Of a stretch of DNA of 64,000 bases, positions 26,201 through 43,799 are shown in pieces (the stretch's first letter is position 1; each line of letters starts with the position of its first letter). Position numbers and translations under genes: made by a program. This DNA is from Eledone cirrhosa (lineage: Eukaryota). Below the pieces are notes generated by a model. That model searched no databases, had not been told where the DNA came from, and saw nothing but the letters and a program-made list of their open reading frames with translations. The stretch spans positions 341,000,001-341,064,000 of the forward strand of contig OZ024743.1 in NCBI GenBank assembly GCA_964016885.1. The letters run 5' to 3'.

Positions 26201-27849
26201 ATGAACTCTTCCACACCGAACACCACTGACACCACCACAACTGAAACTAATATTAACAATAGCAAAAATAACGACAACAACAACAGCAACAATGAAATTA
26301 AAAAAACTACCCTGAGTTTTGCCAGAGTAGCAAAAACGTGCGAAGTGATCCAGGTAACTCAGGAGGAATTAGAAGAAGCCAAAGGAATGGTAAAGAAAGA
26401 TGGGTACAGGGTCAGCCTCACCCCACCACCCACACCTAATAAAATGGAGCAACGTCGCCTATGCACCGTGTCTTATCGGACAATTAACATAAAATCGCGC
26501 CGAGTGGAATGGGCATCCGAGTCCCAAATCCAAAAAGCTTTGGGACATGTGTGGGCAAAGAAAACCCACATCAGACGTGGGCAGAAGTATGGAACCGTTG
26601 ACGTGTTCTTTGAAACACCACAGGAGGCCAGAGAACACTTCATGGCCCCATTAAGAAGTGACGACTTCACACTCATCCCAAGCTATTGTGGCCAGAGACT
26701 TGTGAAGATCAGGCTGACCCACGTTCCACCGGCCATCGAAATTCCCTGGCTAATGGCTGCGGTCCTCGCCGGCATCGAGGCCAACACCAAGATAATTGAA
26801 ATAGCGAAAGAAAAGCAGGAGGACTGGTCCGGATCTGGGATGGAGCTCCTGATCCAAGCGGTCCATAAAAGCATTGAGGAGATCCCAGAGGTAATAGACC
26901 TCCTGACGGCAGCAACCTCACCGTAATCGTCGAGGGCAGAAGACCTAGGTGTGTCGTTTGTGGTGAAGGAACCCACCTAAGGGCTTTCTGCCCTCAAGCT
27001 AAAAGGTTGAGGCCACCTCTCTTACCCACCCCAGTGACTCAACCATCAACACCACCAGCAGCATAAATGGCAGCAACAACTGTAGCAGCAACAACAGAAG
27101 CAACTATAACAGCAACAACCCCAGCAACAGTAGCAAAACTAACACCACCACCACCCAATGCGCCAGAACTAGCACCAGTGCCTACACCATCCAACACGCC
27201 ACAACCAAAACCAACGCCCGTGGAGGATTTTCCACTCCCCCGCCGGTCACAGCTGGAGACAGATTGTGACAATGAGGAGTGGGAAACGGTATCAGGAAAA
27301 AAAAAGAAACCAAAAAAGAAAAAAATTCTCTTCCTTTCCCCTCCAAAAACAAAATACAGAGGGAAACAAATAAATTAACAAACAAAAAAGTTAGGACAGA
27401 TATGCCACCATCCACACCAGCATCACCAACCCCATCACCACAAACACCAACACCATCACCATCATTAACCCCAACACCACCATCACCAACACCACAAAAG
27501 TCACCAAAACGCGTAACAGAAACAAACCCAAACAAAACAAAACAACCAAAAGAATACACACTACACAGCATTAAATTTGAACAAGCAATTATTACACTAC
27601 ATGCAACACAACACCAGCATCACAGAAAAAGACTACACAACAACCCAAAAGTTAACACCACCTCCACACATACAAATCACTCGCATCACACAGAAAACGT
27701 ACACGACACTAAAACAAGAATTCCCCAAAGACATCGGAGACTTCCGACAAACACTCTCCAGGAGGATTTATAAGGACATCCTTCTGGAGGAGGCCACAAG
27801 CAGTGAAAAGGAAGGACAAACCATCCTTCCTCTACGAGAAGTAAGGTAA
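26201..27849 (+). pseudogene. Tx1 ORF1 (gag-like, zinc knuckle, Pro/Thr-rich), frameshifted
   Basis: VIVEGRRPRCVVCGEGTHLRAFC (CX2CX4HX4C) at 26950-26991, in a shifted frame after the 241-aa ORF. Confidence 0.8.
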
Positions 27850-27883
27850 GTGGTCTTTCCCATCATTTCCACTCCATTTCAAC

Positions 27884-30800
27884 ATGACCTCACTGAGAAT
27901 AGGCAGCATAAATGCGCGTGGCTTGGGGTCGTCATGGAAGCAGGGCCACCTGCTCAACGACCTCAGGTCACTAAACATAGATGTAGTGGCGTTCAGCGAG
28001 ACCAGAATCTGCGAAGCACGGGCCTTCGCACCGATCTTCGGCGGCTACGATGTGTACGCATCTCCCAGCCGTCCGGGATCGGGGGGAGGAGTTGCTGTGC
28101 TTTTTCGGAGAGGTTTGGATCTCGCCATACGGGCCATCTTCCTGGACCCAGAAGGTAAGTTGGTGGTGCTAGACGTGATCAGCGGAGATGGGCAAGCTTT
28201 GAGGCTAGTGGCCGTCTAGCCCCGACAGGAGCAGGACGGCCTGATTTCTTCCGGCGTCTGGAGACCTTTCTTGGAACGTCCCGCTCTTTAGTGTTAGTGG
28301 GCGACTGGAACGGGATCTTAGATGGACGCTGGGACTGTGTGGGATTAGCGGATAGGGGAGGAGGGTGCAAGAGCCTCACCAACCTGCTCAGGCATTTTGA
28401 ACTGTCTGACAGGTACCGATTGGATTTCCCGAATGTGCCAATGTGGACTTGGACAAATCGCATAGGGTCATCCAGATCATATCTAGATAGAGTATTTTGT
28501 AGAGAAATCGATAGGTCTAGCATAGGCTGTCCACAATTCAAGATAGTCAGCTACACGGACTACAAATTCGTGATCTGTGTGCTTGACTTAGATAGGCTTC
28601 ATAGACGAGGATCCGGCTACTGGAAGCTAAACGCGTCCTTACCAGTGCGCAAGGTTTTACAGAGACCGGATTAGCGAACTAGTTAAGCAGGCGTTGACGG
28701 GGCCATCGTCAACAACATGTGGTGGTTTGCTCTGAAAAGACAATTAGAATAGAGTCCATTAGGTTTAGTAAGGCTTTAGCAATAGAGAAAAATAGAGCAG
28801 AGAGAGAGTTAGTTAGAAAATTAGACGAGGCGCTTAGCAAAGGAATCGCGACTGACGTACTTGCGGCGAAATTGGCCCTTGACCAATTCTTCAATGCAAA
28901 GCACGAAGGCTGCGTTGTCAGAGCTAGGGTGCGTGCTCTCAGACACGAGGGTACGAAAATCGTTCAATGGGCCCGAGTGGCGGAGGCGCGTCGTGGCAAC
29001 AAAGCCACGATCCGGTCTTTGGTGGACCACGACGGGTGCATGCTACTCGATCTCGAGCAAATGTGTGAAGCTTTTCAGCGACACGTCGCTCTACTGGTCG
29101 GGGGCAGCGGCGGGCCGAATCGAGGGATGGACTTTAGTGTCTACCTCGACGGACTGCCGCGGCTCTCGGCCACTGAAGCGGAGTGTTGCGAAAAGCCGAT
29201 AACAGCCGCTGAAGTACGGGAGGCAATGACTGGCTGCACAAGGGGTAAATCACCTGGTTTGGATGGTCTGCCCTATGAACTTTACGTACAGATGCCAGAC
29301 TTGTTCGGAGGCCTCTTGCCGGACGTCTACTGCAACTGGCAACAGAACGGGAGAATTCCCAGCTCGGTGAGCCGAGCAGCTGTGGCGCTGCTGAGAAAGG
29401 ATCCGAACAAGGGGGATAACATAGATAATTTTAGGCCCATAACTGTGCTAAACACAGAGTTCAAAATTTTGGCCAAGGTGCTAGCAAAGAGGTTGGCGCT
29501 TGTCGTTGGTGGTCTGGTGGGAGAGGCGCCATTCCCGACAGATCCATCCACGACAACCTCCACCTCATGCGATACATCGTAGAGAGGGTAGCTAGGGAAC
29601 CTGGCACGGGTGGGTCCTTGATAAATTTAGATCAGTCGAAAGCTTTCGATAGGGTCGACCATCGTTACCTAGCGGCAGTCCTGAGGGCGGCTGGCTTTGG
29701 GCCCGTCTTCAGAGGCTGGATCGCTGCCATGCACAGCGACATCTGCTCTGTGGTGAGCGTGAACGGACACCTTTCGGAACCGTTCAACATCATGCACTCG
29801 GTCCCCCAAGGATGTCCCCTCTCGCCCCTCTTGTACGTATTGACTCTCGAGCCATTACTGCACAAACTGGAGACGTTGAGGGGGTCCCGCGCGAACTAGG
29901 ATGCGGAAGATCCGTGTCAGCATATGCGGACGATGTCACCGTAGTGGTGTCGAACGCCAAACACATCGAGGCGATCGGCACTACACTAAGAGAATACGAA
30001 ACGGTGACAGGTGCAATGATCAACCAGGAAAAGTCAGTGGGCCTGCAGCTCGGCACCTGGAGAGGCAGGTTCATGCCGTTCAACAGCGTCGTCGGGCGCT
30101 GGACGGACGGACGGGTTAAATTGCTTGGGGTCTGGTTCGGTCCGGATCTCCAGACGGATAAAATTGGGACGAGGTCTCGTGCAGGGTGGCTTCTCTCACC
30201 CAGAAATGGGCCGAGAGGAAGTTATCCCTGAAAGGTCGAGCGGAGGTGGCTAACGCGTTTATCGCATCCGTCATCTACTACCGCCTGACCGTCGTGCCTT
30301 GTCCTAAGCCCCACCTTACTGCGCTGGAGCGTTTCCTCTTTCGTTTTTTGTGGAAGAGACGCGCCCCGTTGGTCAGGCGGTCCATCTGCTGTCAACACCC
30401 GCTACGTGGAGGGCTGGAATGTCTTCAGGCGCTCACAGCCCACGACCAATCGGGCAATGTGATCGGTGAAAACTCCACCTTGTCGTTCTATAGGGGATTA
30501 GTGGAGGGCAAGAGCGACGACGTACTTGGAGAAACGCTAGGCGTCGACGAAAATCAACTAGCCAATCTCTTCGGAAGGACTTTCGGGCCGGGGCCTATGG
30601 ACAACTTCCAGAAATTCCTGGATTGGCATTGCTACCGAGGAGCTTTGCCAGTTCGGGATAAACTCTACAGGCATGGAAGTGCCGTCAGCCGGGCATGTCC
30701 GAGATACGCGCAGGGCGACGAAACCGTCCTGCACGCACTCGTCCAGTGTCCGAGCATTGCTGACTTGTGGGTTTATGTCGAACACCTGCTGTCACTTGTA

Positions 30801-31107
30801 GGACGGATCCAGCTATCAGCTGAGTCCATCGTGAGGATTTCACCGCCCTCTACCTTTAGACGGGAAGAGCAGGCGGTTTTTATCTGTCTGGTTGCCATGG
30901 CGAAAGAGATGGTGGACACGTTTGAAAGAACTGAAGACGAGCCCTTACCTCTTCGGTGATGCCCTGATTAACTTTTTCAAATTTCATTTGAAAAGGAAAA
31001 TCAGGGTAGAGAGGGAAGTGCTCTCTTCCCAGCATTTTGTTGAAAGATGGGTGAGAGAAGCAAGTATGGCCCGTGTGAATGGGCCTACTTTGAGTATCTG
31101 TCTGTAA
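27884..31107 (+). pseudogene. Tx1 ORF2 (AP endonuclease, RT, C-terminal Cys-rich region) with stops, frameshifts and an internal deletion
   Basis: SINARGL, SET, GDWN, SYLDR, GYWKLN, KSPGLDG, NFRPIT, DQSKAFDRV, QGCPLSP, YADD, LSLKGR. Confidence 0.9.
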
Positions 31108-31378
31108 ATTAAAGGTGGAAAACTGGGAGAGGGCACTTGCCCTGGTGGTCAGGGTCACTGTGGCCTTTTAATGGGCTTTCTCCACAAATGTCCCTCGGAA
31201 GTCTCCCCCCTATTGGGGAATTTTTCTTTGTTATTTTATTACATCCTCTGTTATTTTACACGCAGAAATGCCCATTTGTACCGTCCAGGTATTGTCCTGT
31301 ACTGTCCTCAATGTCTACTTTATGTAAACCCTTGTGGTTAATAAAGAAAACATTATTATTATTATTATTATTATTATT

Positions 31379-36004
<4,626 letters not shown>

Positions 36005-36005
<1 letters not shown>

Positions 36006-36148
36006 AGTTGCATTTATCTTGCTTTATGTTCATACGAGTTATCACCAAGTCACAACCAGTGACCTCAAGAGACAACAAGGTCCGCCATGTTCAAGAAAGA
36101 ACATACATATTCACACATGCATCTTTAGTGTTTAGACTTGTGATGTAC

Positions 36149-36149
<1 letters not shown>
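36005..36149 (-). mobile_element. Dong-B 3'-UTR-only stub
   Basis: Matches 31379-31519. Lies between TTA tracts. Confidence 0.9.
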
Positions 36150-36179
<30 letters not shown>

Positions 36180-36181
<2 letters not shown>

Positions 36182-37064
36182 GGCGCTTACGGCCCTCGAC
36201 CAGTGTGATGGGTGGAAACTCCACCTTGGCGTTCTGTAGAGAATTAGTGGAGGGGAAAAGCGACGACGTACTTGGGGAAACTCTAGGCGCCGACGAAAAT
36301 CAACTAGCCAATCTGTTCGGAAGAATTTTCGGGCCGGGGCCTATGGACAATTTCTAGAAATCCCTGGACTGGCAGTGCTACCGAGGAGCTATGCTAGTTC
36401 GGGATAAACTCTACAGGCATGGAAGTGTCGTCAGTCGGGCATGTCCGAGATGCGCGCAGGGCGACGAAACCGTCCTGCATGCACTCGTCCAGTGTCTGAG
36501 CATTGCTGACTTATGGGTTTATGTCGAACACCTGCAGTCGCGTGTAGAACGGATCCGGCTATCAGCTGAGTCAATCGTGAGGATTGCCCCGCCCTCCTCC
36601 TTTAGCCGGGAAGGGCAGGCAGTTTTTATCTGTCTGGTGGCCATGGCGAAAGAAATAGTATGGTGGACGCGTGTGAAAGTGCTGAAGACGAGCACTAACA
36701 TCTTCGGTGATGCCCTGATTAACTTTTTCAAATTTCATTTGGAAAGGAAAATCAGGGTAGAGAGGGAAGAATCGCCCGAGTGAATGGGCCTACTCTGAGT
36801 TTATGCCTGTAAATTGAAGGTAGAAAACTGGGAGAGGGTACTTGCCCTGGTGGTCAGGGTCAACGTGGCTTTTTTTAAAGGGCTTTCTCGACGATGGCCC
36901 TCGGAAGTATCCCCCTATTGGGGAATTTTTCATTGTTCTTTTTTTGTTACATCCTCTGTTTTTGTTTTTTTACACGCAGAAATGCCCACTTGTACCGTCC
37001 TGTATTGTCCTGTACTGTCGTTAATGTCTACTTTGTGTAAACCCTTGTGGTTAATAAAGAAAGC
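36180..37064 (+). mobile_element. 5'-truncated Tx1 (ORF2 C-terminus plus 3' UTR)
   Basis: Matches 30427-31351. CPRC..ETVLHALVQC, AATAAA at 37053 and an ATT tail. Confidence 0.92.
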
Positions 37065-37369
37065 ATTATTATCATTATTATTATTATTGCTGTGGTTGTT
37101 GTTGTTGTTGCTGCTGTTGTTGTTCTTTTCGCATTTCTTCAGCCATGAACACTTCTCGATTGAAAGGGATGAAAATACAGCTCCCTCCATTAAAATACAG
37201 CACTATGCATTCAACATCATTTGATTTACTGAAATGGTAGTCAAATACCCAAGCCACGATTCATTCTACTGTTTGAAAGAAAGAAAGAAAGAAAGAAAGC
37301 GATGATGGGAATATACAGTCATTGTATACCTTCCGTAGAAAAGATAGGATGGTTACGATTGGAATGACT

Positions 37370-37720
37370 TTGATAGTAGATATGCTTTATATGGGTTTCT
37401 CCGACGGATATGCAGTCGAGCCCCTAACACTGGGGACTTCAGGTACCCTTGGCATTAGGGCTACCTCCGTACTAACCACCATAAACTTTGACCTGTCTAG
37501 CCGCAGGCGTGAGCCTCGGGAGATGGAATGGCACTTTCAGTGCATCTCCGTCATAATCCTCTGGGAAAACGCCTTTTCTATTCTGTCCGCTGGGACTGTG
37601 GGGCCGCCAGCGCGTAGGACACCATTTGCTCATAATAGTGGGAGAAGGGGAGGGCGACCGAGGCGGAAGCGATGGCAGTGGCAGTTCGGCTCCTCTGCGT
37701 TCGGACCTGGTGTACATGTG
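37370..37720 (-). pseudogene. Possible ORF1 fragment of a more distant Tx1-like element
   Basis: Minus-strand VPADRIEKAFS...KCHSISRGSR...STEVA loosely parallels SESQIQKAL...KKTHIRRGQK...ETPQEA of ORF1 at 26.5 kb. Confidence 0.4.
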
Positions 37721-37780
37721 TGTATACGTATACTTCTACGTATACGTATACATGTGTGTATATGTATATTTCTATTCATT

Positions 37781-37967
37781 CGGGTGGATTGGCAGTATCG
37801 GTAGAGAGTCGGACGCCATGCTTTCCAGCATAGTTACGTCCCTTTACGGTCTGAGTTCAAATCCCGTGGATGTTAACTTTGCCTTTCATCCTTACGGGGT
37901 CGATGAAATAAAGTACCAGTAATGTACTGGGTAATTGCTGGCCTTGTGCCAAAAGTAGAAACAATTA
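37781..37967 (+). mobile_element. tRNA-derived SINE, full length
   Basis: GGTGGATTGGCAGTATCGG...GAGTTCAAATCCC...GTAGAAACAATT. Confidence 0.9.
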
Positions 37968-38520
37968 TATGCTTGGCTAATTGTGCTGTTTGATATATTT
38001 AAGAAGAAATTTTGACAGAAAACTCACATTAACAAATGATTACTGTAAATTAAACATATTTTCGTTAAATTTATAAACATCTTTAATCTCTTTATATCTG
38101 AACACTCCATCACTTTATGGATTGCACCGTGGGATTTCATAAGCTAAAAATCAATTTCAAAACAATATTTCTAATCTATTGTGTTAAATCATGCCTTTTC
38201 CCTGATTTACATCCATTCGATTTAAATTTTACATGAAAGCTATTTACTGTTTTATAACAGTAGCAAAATATTTTCAATCGATAACAACCTTTTTATTCTT
38301 TCATTCTTTGATATTTATGACGCGAATAACCTTTAGCTTTCAATAAATTCTGAATCTTATTAGAATTATAAAAAAATAAATACCTTTATGATGTTAATGA
38401 AATTGCAGGGGGCCTGTTTTGTGGAGCTGTTAAGAGTCTGAAAGGATAATTTTCTTACTCTGTATGACAATTGTAGCAATTAAAGATTTTAAAAATCTAT
38501 TAAGCTCCGTATGAACTAAA

Positions 38521-38704
38521 TAATTGTTTCTACTTTAGGCACAAGGCCAGCAATTACCCAGTGCATTACTGGTACTTTATTTTATCGACCCCGTAAGGAT
38601 GAAAGGCAAAGTCAACCTCGGCGGGATTTGAACTCAGATCGTAAAGGGACGTAACTATGCTGGAAAGCATGGCGTCCGACCCTCTACTGATACTGCCAAT
38701 CCGC
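38521..38704 (-). mobile_element. tRNA-derived SINE, full length, inverted relative to the 37781 copy
   Basis: Reverse complement of the same family. Confidence 0.9.
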
Positions 38705-39082
38705 AGAAATCATGAATGACTAGTTACAGAGTTTGCTTTGCAATTAACTAGTTTTGTGTTTCATCCCACTACATAGCTCCTTGGGTAACTTCCTTCAATC
38801 CATTTGCTCATAATAGTGAAAATTATTTAAATAGAAACTGTTAATTGTTTCAGATGAACTGAAGCTATTCCTCGATTGCTGATGTAATCCGCTGCTCGGA
38901 GCACTATCAGCGTGTGACCCATGGATATTTTCAGTTACGAAACTTCAAACCAGGTCTCTGATTTGAGAATATTAAGGCATCCCCCTTAACTTAAATAATT
39001 TGAATATTTCTTTATTACCATATATGAGATTTCAATTTTAGTTTGTGTATTCCTTTGTAAAACCCATTTGCAATGAATTTTG

Positions 39083-39140
39083 TCGGTGTTTAGCGTGGCT
39101 GAGTGGTTAGCGAATTGGATTCGCAATCGTGAGGTTGTTT
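39083..39140 (+). mobile_element. tRNA-like 5' half (head of a second SINE type, or a tRNA fragment)
   Basis: AGCGTGGCTGAGTGGTTAGCG A-box/D-arm and an anticodon-like hairpin. No T-arm. Confidence 0.45.
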
Positions 39141-39419
39141 TGAATATCTTCAAAACAACGAACAGCGGAGGACACGTTTCGCACCCCCCTCTCCACTAGT
39201 TGATGGATGTGAATCCGAAATATATAGGGATCCTTTACGCTCTTTCCTACATTCTTCTACACGCTACACATCTCAACCTACATTCACTTACATCTCTCTC
39301 TCCACCACCGGATCTTGTTACCCGGAGATTTACCCATCTGCATTGTTGAGGCTTCCAAAACGATCTAAAGAAATATACCTTATTATTCCACAATGCTTCA
39401 AGCAAACTTCACTTCAATA

Positions 39420-39498
<79 letters not shown>

Positions 39499-39590
39499 TG
39501 AGAGAGAGAGAAATTGAATAAACACTCGCCGTCGAAATGGCATGAGTTTAGCTGTCAGACACTATTTACAGTATTATATATATATATAAT

Positions 39591-39636
39591 CTATCAAAGT
39601 TCTTTCGTCACACATCTGCGACATCATCAGTGGTGT
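39591..39636 (-). ncRNA. Hammerhead-like motif, same family as 9134
   Basis: CTGATGA-T-GTCGCA-GATG-TGTGAC-GAAA-GAACTT. Confidence 0.6.
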
Positions 39637-39850
39637 TATTATGTTTCCTCCCGTTGGGCCATTTTTATTTAATTAATTTATTTATTTCATCTTGTCTCGA
39701 TACTTAGGGTAGTAGATTGGGTAATAGGAAAAGTGTCAGGACCCCGACGGCTGAGCGCCTGTCGTTTTGACAGCTATATCCGAACTGACTCTTTTCATAT
39801 ACACACACAAACCCACACACACACATAGACACACACACACGGATATATAT

Positions 39851-39930
<80 letters not shown>

Positions 39931-40802
39931 TGTTGTAAAAGTCCGGTAGAAATATGCAAGTGTAAGCGCCCTCAGTCCATGGAACGAGTTTACTATAAAT
40001 AATTACAACAGTGACATAAACAGGTACGTAAGTTTTGTTGGGTTATACAACCAAATTCGTTCATATAATTTTACAGGGGTGTCAAAGAAATTTAGATACA
40101 CTTACAAAAATCGCACAAATTCAACGCATGCACACATAGGCACGACATATATTCACAAATTTGTAAATGAGACATTAAATTAAGAGCATTCAAACAAAAA
40201 TAGACTTTTCGGTCTGTGTAATGCACGCGGCGATATATGTGAAATTAGCACGGGAAACGCGATTTCTCGACCTATGTGTATTTTCATAGATGTCTCTACA
40301 GTAATCGATTTACTTTAGAGTAGATTGGATCAATAGCTAAACGAAAGAAAAATCTTGGAAATATCATTTGAATGAAGCAAAACGGAAGCACATGACACTG
40401 AAATCGAAATTTCTCTACTATAGTATTCATCTATTAAGCGTAGCTAGAAATGTTATCGAAAATATATTCCCAGATTCAGATTGTCACTGTTTGAGTAGAC
40501 GTCGTTGTGAAACGACAGACTGTGGGCTGTATCGCCGTTCAGTGTAATGTTAATAGCATGAAACCTTAAAATAGTTGCCTTGTTACTTTCTCTAAGCTCT
40601 CTCTCCCTCGCTCTTTCTTTCTCTCCCTCTTTCTCTCTCCCTCTCTTTCTCTCTCTCTTTATTTCTCCCTGAATATATTTAATATGGAATCACAACGTAA
40701 ACGTGTATATATGTATAGACATATAGATATATACGCATACATATATATACCTATATAGCTATGTCTTCGTCTATATATTTATGTGAATATATATATATAT
40801 AT

Positions 40803-40898
<96 letters not shown>

Positions 40899-40923
40899 AT
40901 TTACATATATATATATATATATT

Positions 40924-40998
<75 letters not shown>

Positions 40999-41054
40999 GT
41001 GAGGTTTTTTTTACAAAATGAAAAATAACCGAGGTGTCCTACACGAGTGAAAGT

Positions 41055-41348
41055 ATAAAGAAAAAGAGATGAAATCGAAAATGCAACTGGAGTCTTATTT
41101 TTTTTTAAATATATATATTTATTTGGTTCCTTTACCGGTTTCGCAGTTCTTCTGCTTTTCAAAAGGTGAGTTGAGATGGAGGGTCTGTGGTTTTTCTCAC
41201 ATCAGATGTGAGAAAAACCACAGACCCTCCATCTCAAATCGCCTTTTGAAAAGCAGAAGAACTGCGAAACCGGTAAAGGAACCAAATAAATATATATATA
41301 TTTAAAAAAAAATAAGACTCCAGTTGCATTTTCGATTTCATCTCTTTT

Positions 41349-41355
<7 letters not shown>
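41055..41355. repeat. About 300-bp near-perfect palindrome centred near 41203 with a hammerhead in each arm
   Basis: Centre CTCACATC-A-GATGTGAG. Arms are reverse-complementary over about 145 bp. Confidence 0.92.
41242..41279 (+). ncRNA. Minimal type I hammerhead, U3-A8 variant (mirror copy 41129-41166 on minus)
   Basis: CCTT-TTGAAAA-GCAG-AAGAA-CTGC-GAAA-CCGGT-A-AAGG. Confidence 0.7.
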
Positions 41356-41429
<74 letters not shown>

Positions 41430-41497
41430 GTATATATATATATATGTATACATATATATATACATATATATATACATATATATACACACACACTCAG

Positions 41498-41578
<81 letters not shown>

Positions 41579-43799
41579 TGGTCACGACTGCAATGCAGTT
41601 GATTAGGGATTTCCAGCAGGATAATTATTTATGTTCCGTTCTTAATTCTATGATCCAATACTCTTCATTTTGGCCACCCTATATTCATTTTCAATCAAAT
41701 ACACTGCATGGAGGATCATATATAATATCTCGTGTTCTGTCTTTGTTTAAATTCCTTCTAAACCTGCTCCAGTATATTAAGTAAGTACGACATTGTTAAA
41801 AATGTTAAGACACTGCTAAAATATTGCTGCTCACTTTCATCATAGTTCTTCTCAGTCAAGGCTGAACTGGTGATTAACGCTGACGACAACAATAGTACTA
41901 CCGACGACTATAGTGTACATTGACTAACATAAATTTAGGTATGTTTGAATAAGAAATTGGATGGTTAAAGCTTGCAAATCTTTCGTCCTATACCAGCTCA
42001 ATCAGATTTGATTTGGACCTAAACAAAATAACACGATGATATTCACACTCACATTAATAGCTTCTAGCACATACACAAGGGAAAGAAATGTTTCATTATC
42101 CCAATACCAAAAGGTTGTTGATACTTATTTTATATACCCTAGAATGAAAAATGTCAAGACATCCTCAGCGGGATTTGAATGAAATTCTATGTAACACGGT
42201 ATTTTCCTGAGGCTCTACACAAATTAATATTATGTCTAATTGGTATCGACATCTGCTTAGTAATATACACTAGTTGTACTTGCATTTCATCATACCTAGA
42301 AGATAAAACGAATAAACTCTCATTCTGTGTTAGAATGAATCAGAAACCGACACTGATATTAACCTCATAACAGCATCTAACTCAGCAATTTTCTTACATC
42401 AAACTTAAGATCGTAACTAGCATTGATTTTGAATTTCTATGAAAGGTCTTTATAGCAAACTTTTGAAGTTAGATGGATTTTCTTCTCATTTCTATTTGAT
42501 GTTGACGTTTAGCTTTTAACCTTTAAGTTGTTAGTGCAACCAGTATATCTTAGTACATCGACGCAATATAATATGTGTCGCTGTAAAGTAATTGAAAGAA
42601 AAAAACTAAACAAAAAAAAAAAACAAAAAAAAAAGACAAAGCAAAAACAAATATGAACTTCATTTCAACATTATTTATACAATTATTCAATTTCTTTTCA
42701 CTCCGTTATATCACTATTATTGTTGTCGATTGATCTATTGACTCGCAGGTAAATACGTTAGCTTTTAATTCACACAGTTCTATTTTCAAACCGAATGCGC
42801 GGTAAATTGTGAGCCTCGGTATGTTTAATACTTTAATATTGAAATTTTGTATGTGAGAGGAATCTGTTCAGAAGACCGTCTTATGAAAATATAGTTGCCA
42901 CTGTGCGCATAACTATAATAATTGTTGTTAACTATAGATTATAATTGAATAAATCGGGTAAACTTATCAAAGAAACGGGAAAAATGGAGAAAAGAAATTC
43001 AGACGCCTGTGGTTAATTGAACGACGTATCTCATGTATGCCGAGTGAACGCGTTTAACCATTACTCTAAAGTGTTCTTGGCCCCTAAATTCCTATGCCTT
43101 AGAAAATTTAAGCATGTAGCTACAAGTGTAAATATCCCCCGACTTACGAAGCATTTTAAAATATGAAATTTGAAAAGAGTCATCCATTTAGATTTTCTTG
43201 TGAAGAAAATCTAAAGTTTTTGGAGATTTCTGGAAATCTTGAACTTTCTTGAGTATTCTTGCTACCTGTGTTATTGTAGTTATTATTGTGAATGATATAT
43301 GAGTAAAGAACCGCCAACCTATGTGAAATGTTGACATACAGAAATAAACTCTGGTGACGCCGACCTGAACCAACTCCTGAAGGTCAAATTATAAAACTAT
43401 AAAAAGTTAAAAATATTTCAGCATTAAAAATGTTGAGGTTTTTTTGAATTGCAGTTCTATAATCCAAGGACGACGAGGTTTAGGCCAGCAGAAACATATA
43501 TCAGTTTGACAATGCCTTGATATGTCATTGTCTGAAAAATAGTTAATCTATTGATCAAAGCGATCATATACGTTGTGGGAGTGGCTATTGTGAAAAATAA
43601 ACTGGCCATAATGTCATTAATTTTAGTTGTGTCATCATGATTGTTGTAGATAAGGTTGAAGCTGAAATGGAGGAATTGAATTCACTCGTCAGAGAAAAAC
43701 AACCATTTGAAAGCGGTAGTAATAGAGAAACATAGAGTAAAATTGAAGTAGAGTAATAGGCTCTAATCAAGGGTTAGCTTGGATTATAACTAGAAAACG

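Larger units (their letters stand above)
25721..31351 (+). mobile_element. Tx1-clade (L1 group) non-LTR retrotransposon, near full-length but disrupted
   Basis: 5' UTR, ORF1, ORF2, AATAAA at 31340 and an (ATT)n tail. Preceded by (ATT)n. Confidence 0.9.

Noticed and set aside
39083-39140. Functional tRNA gene
   Set aside because: No T-arm/B-box or acceptor-stem closure.
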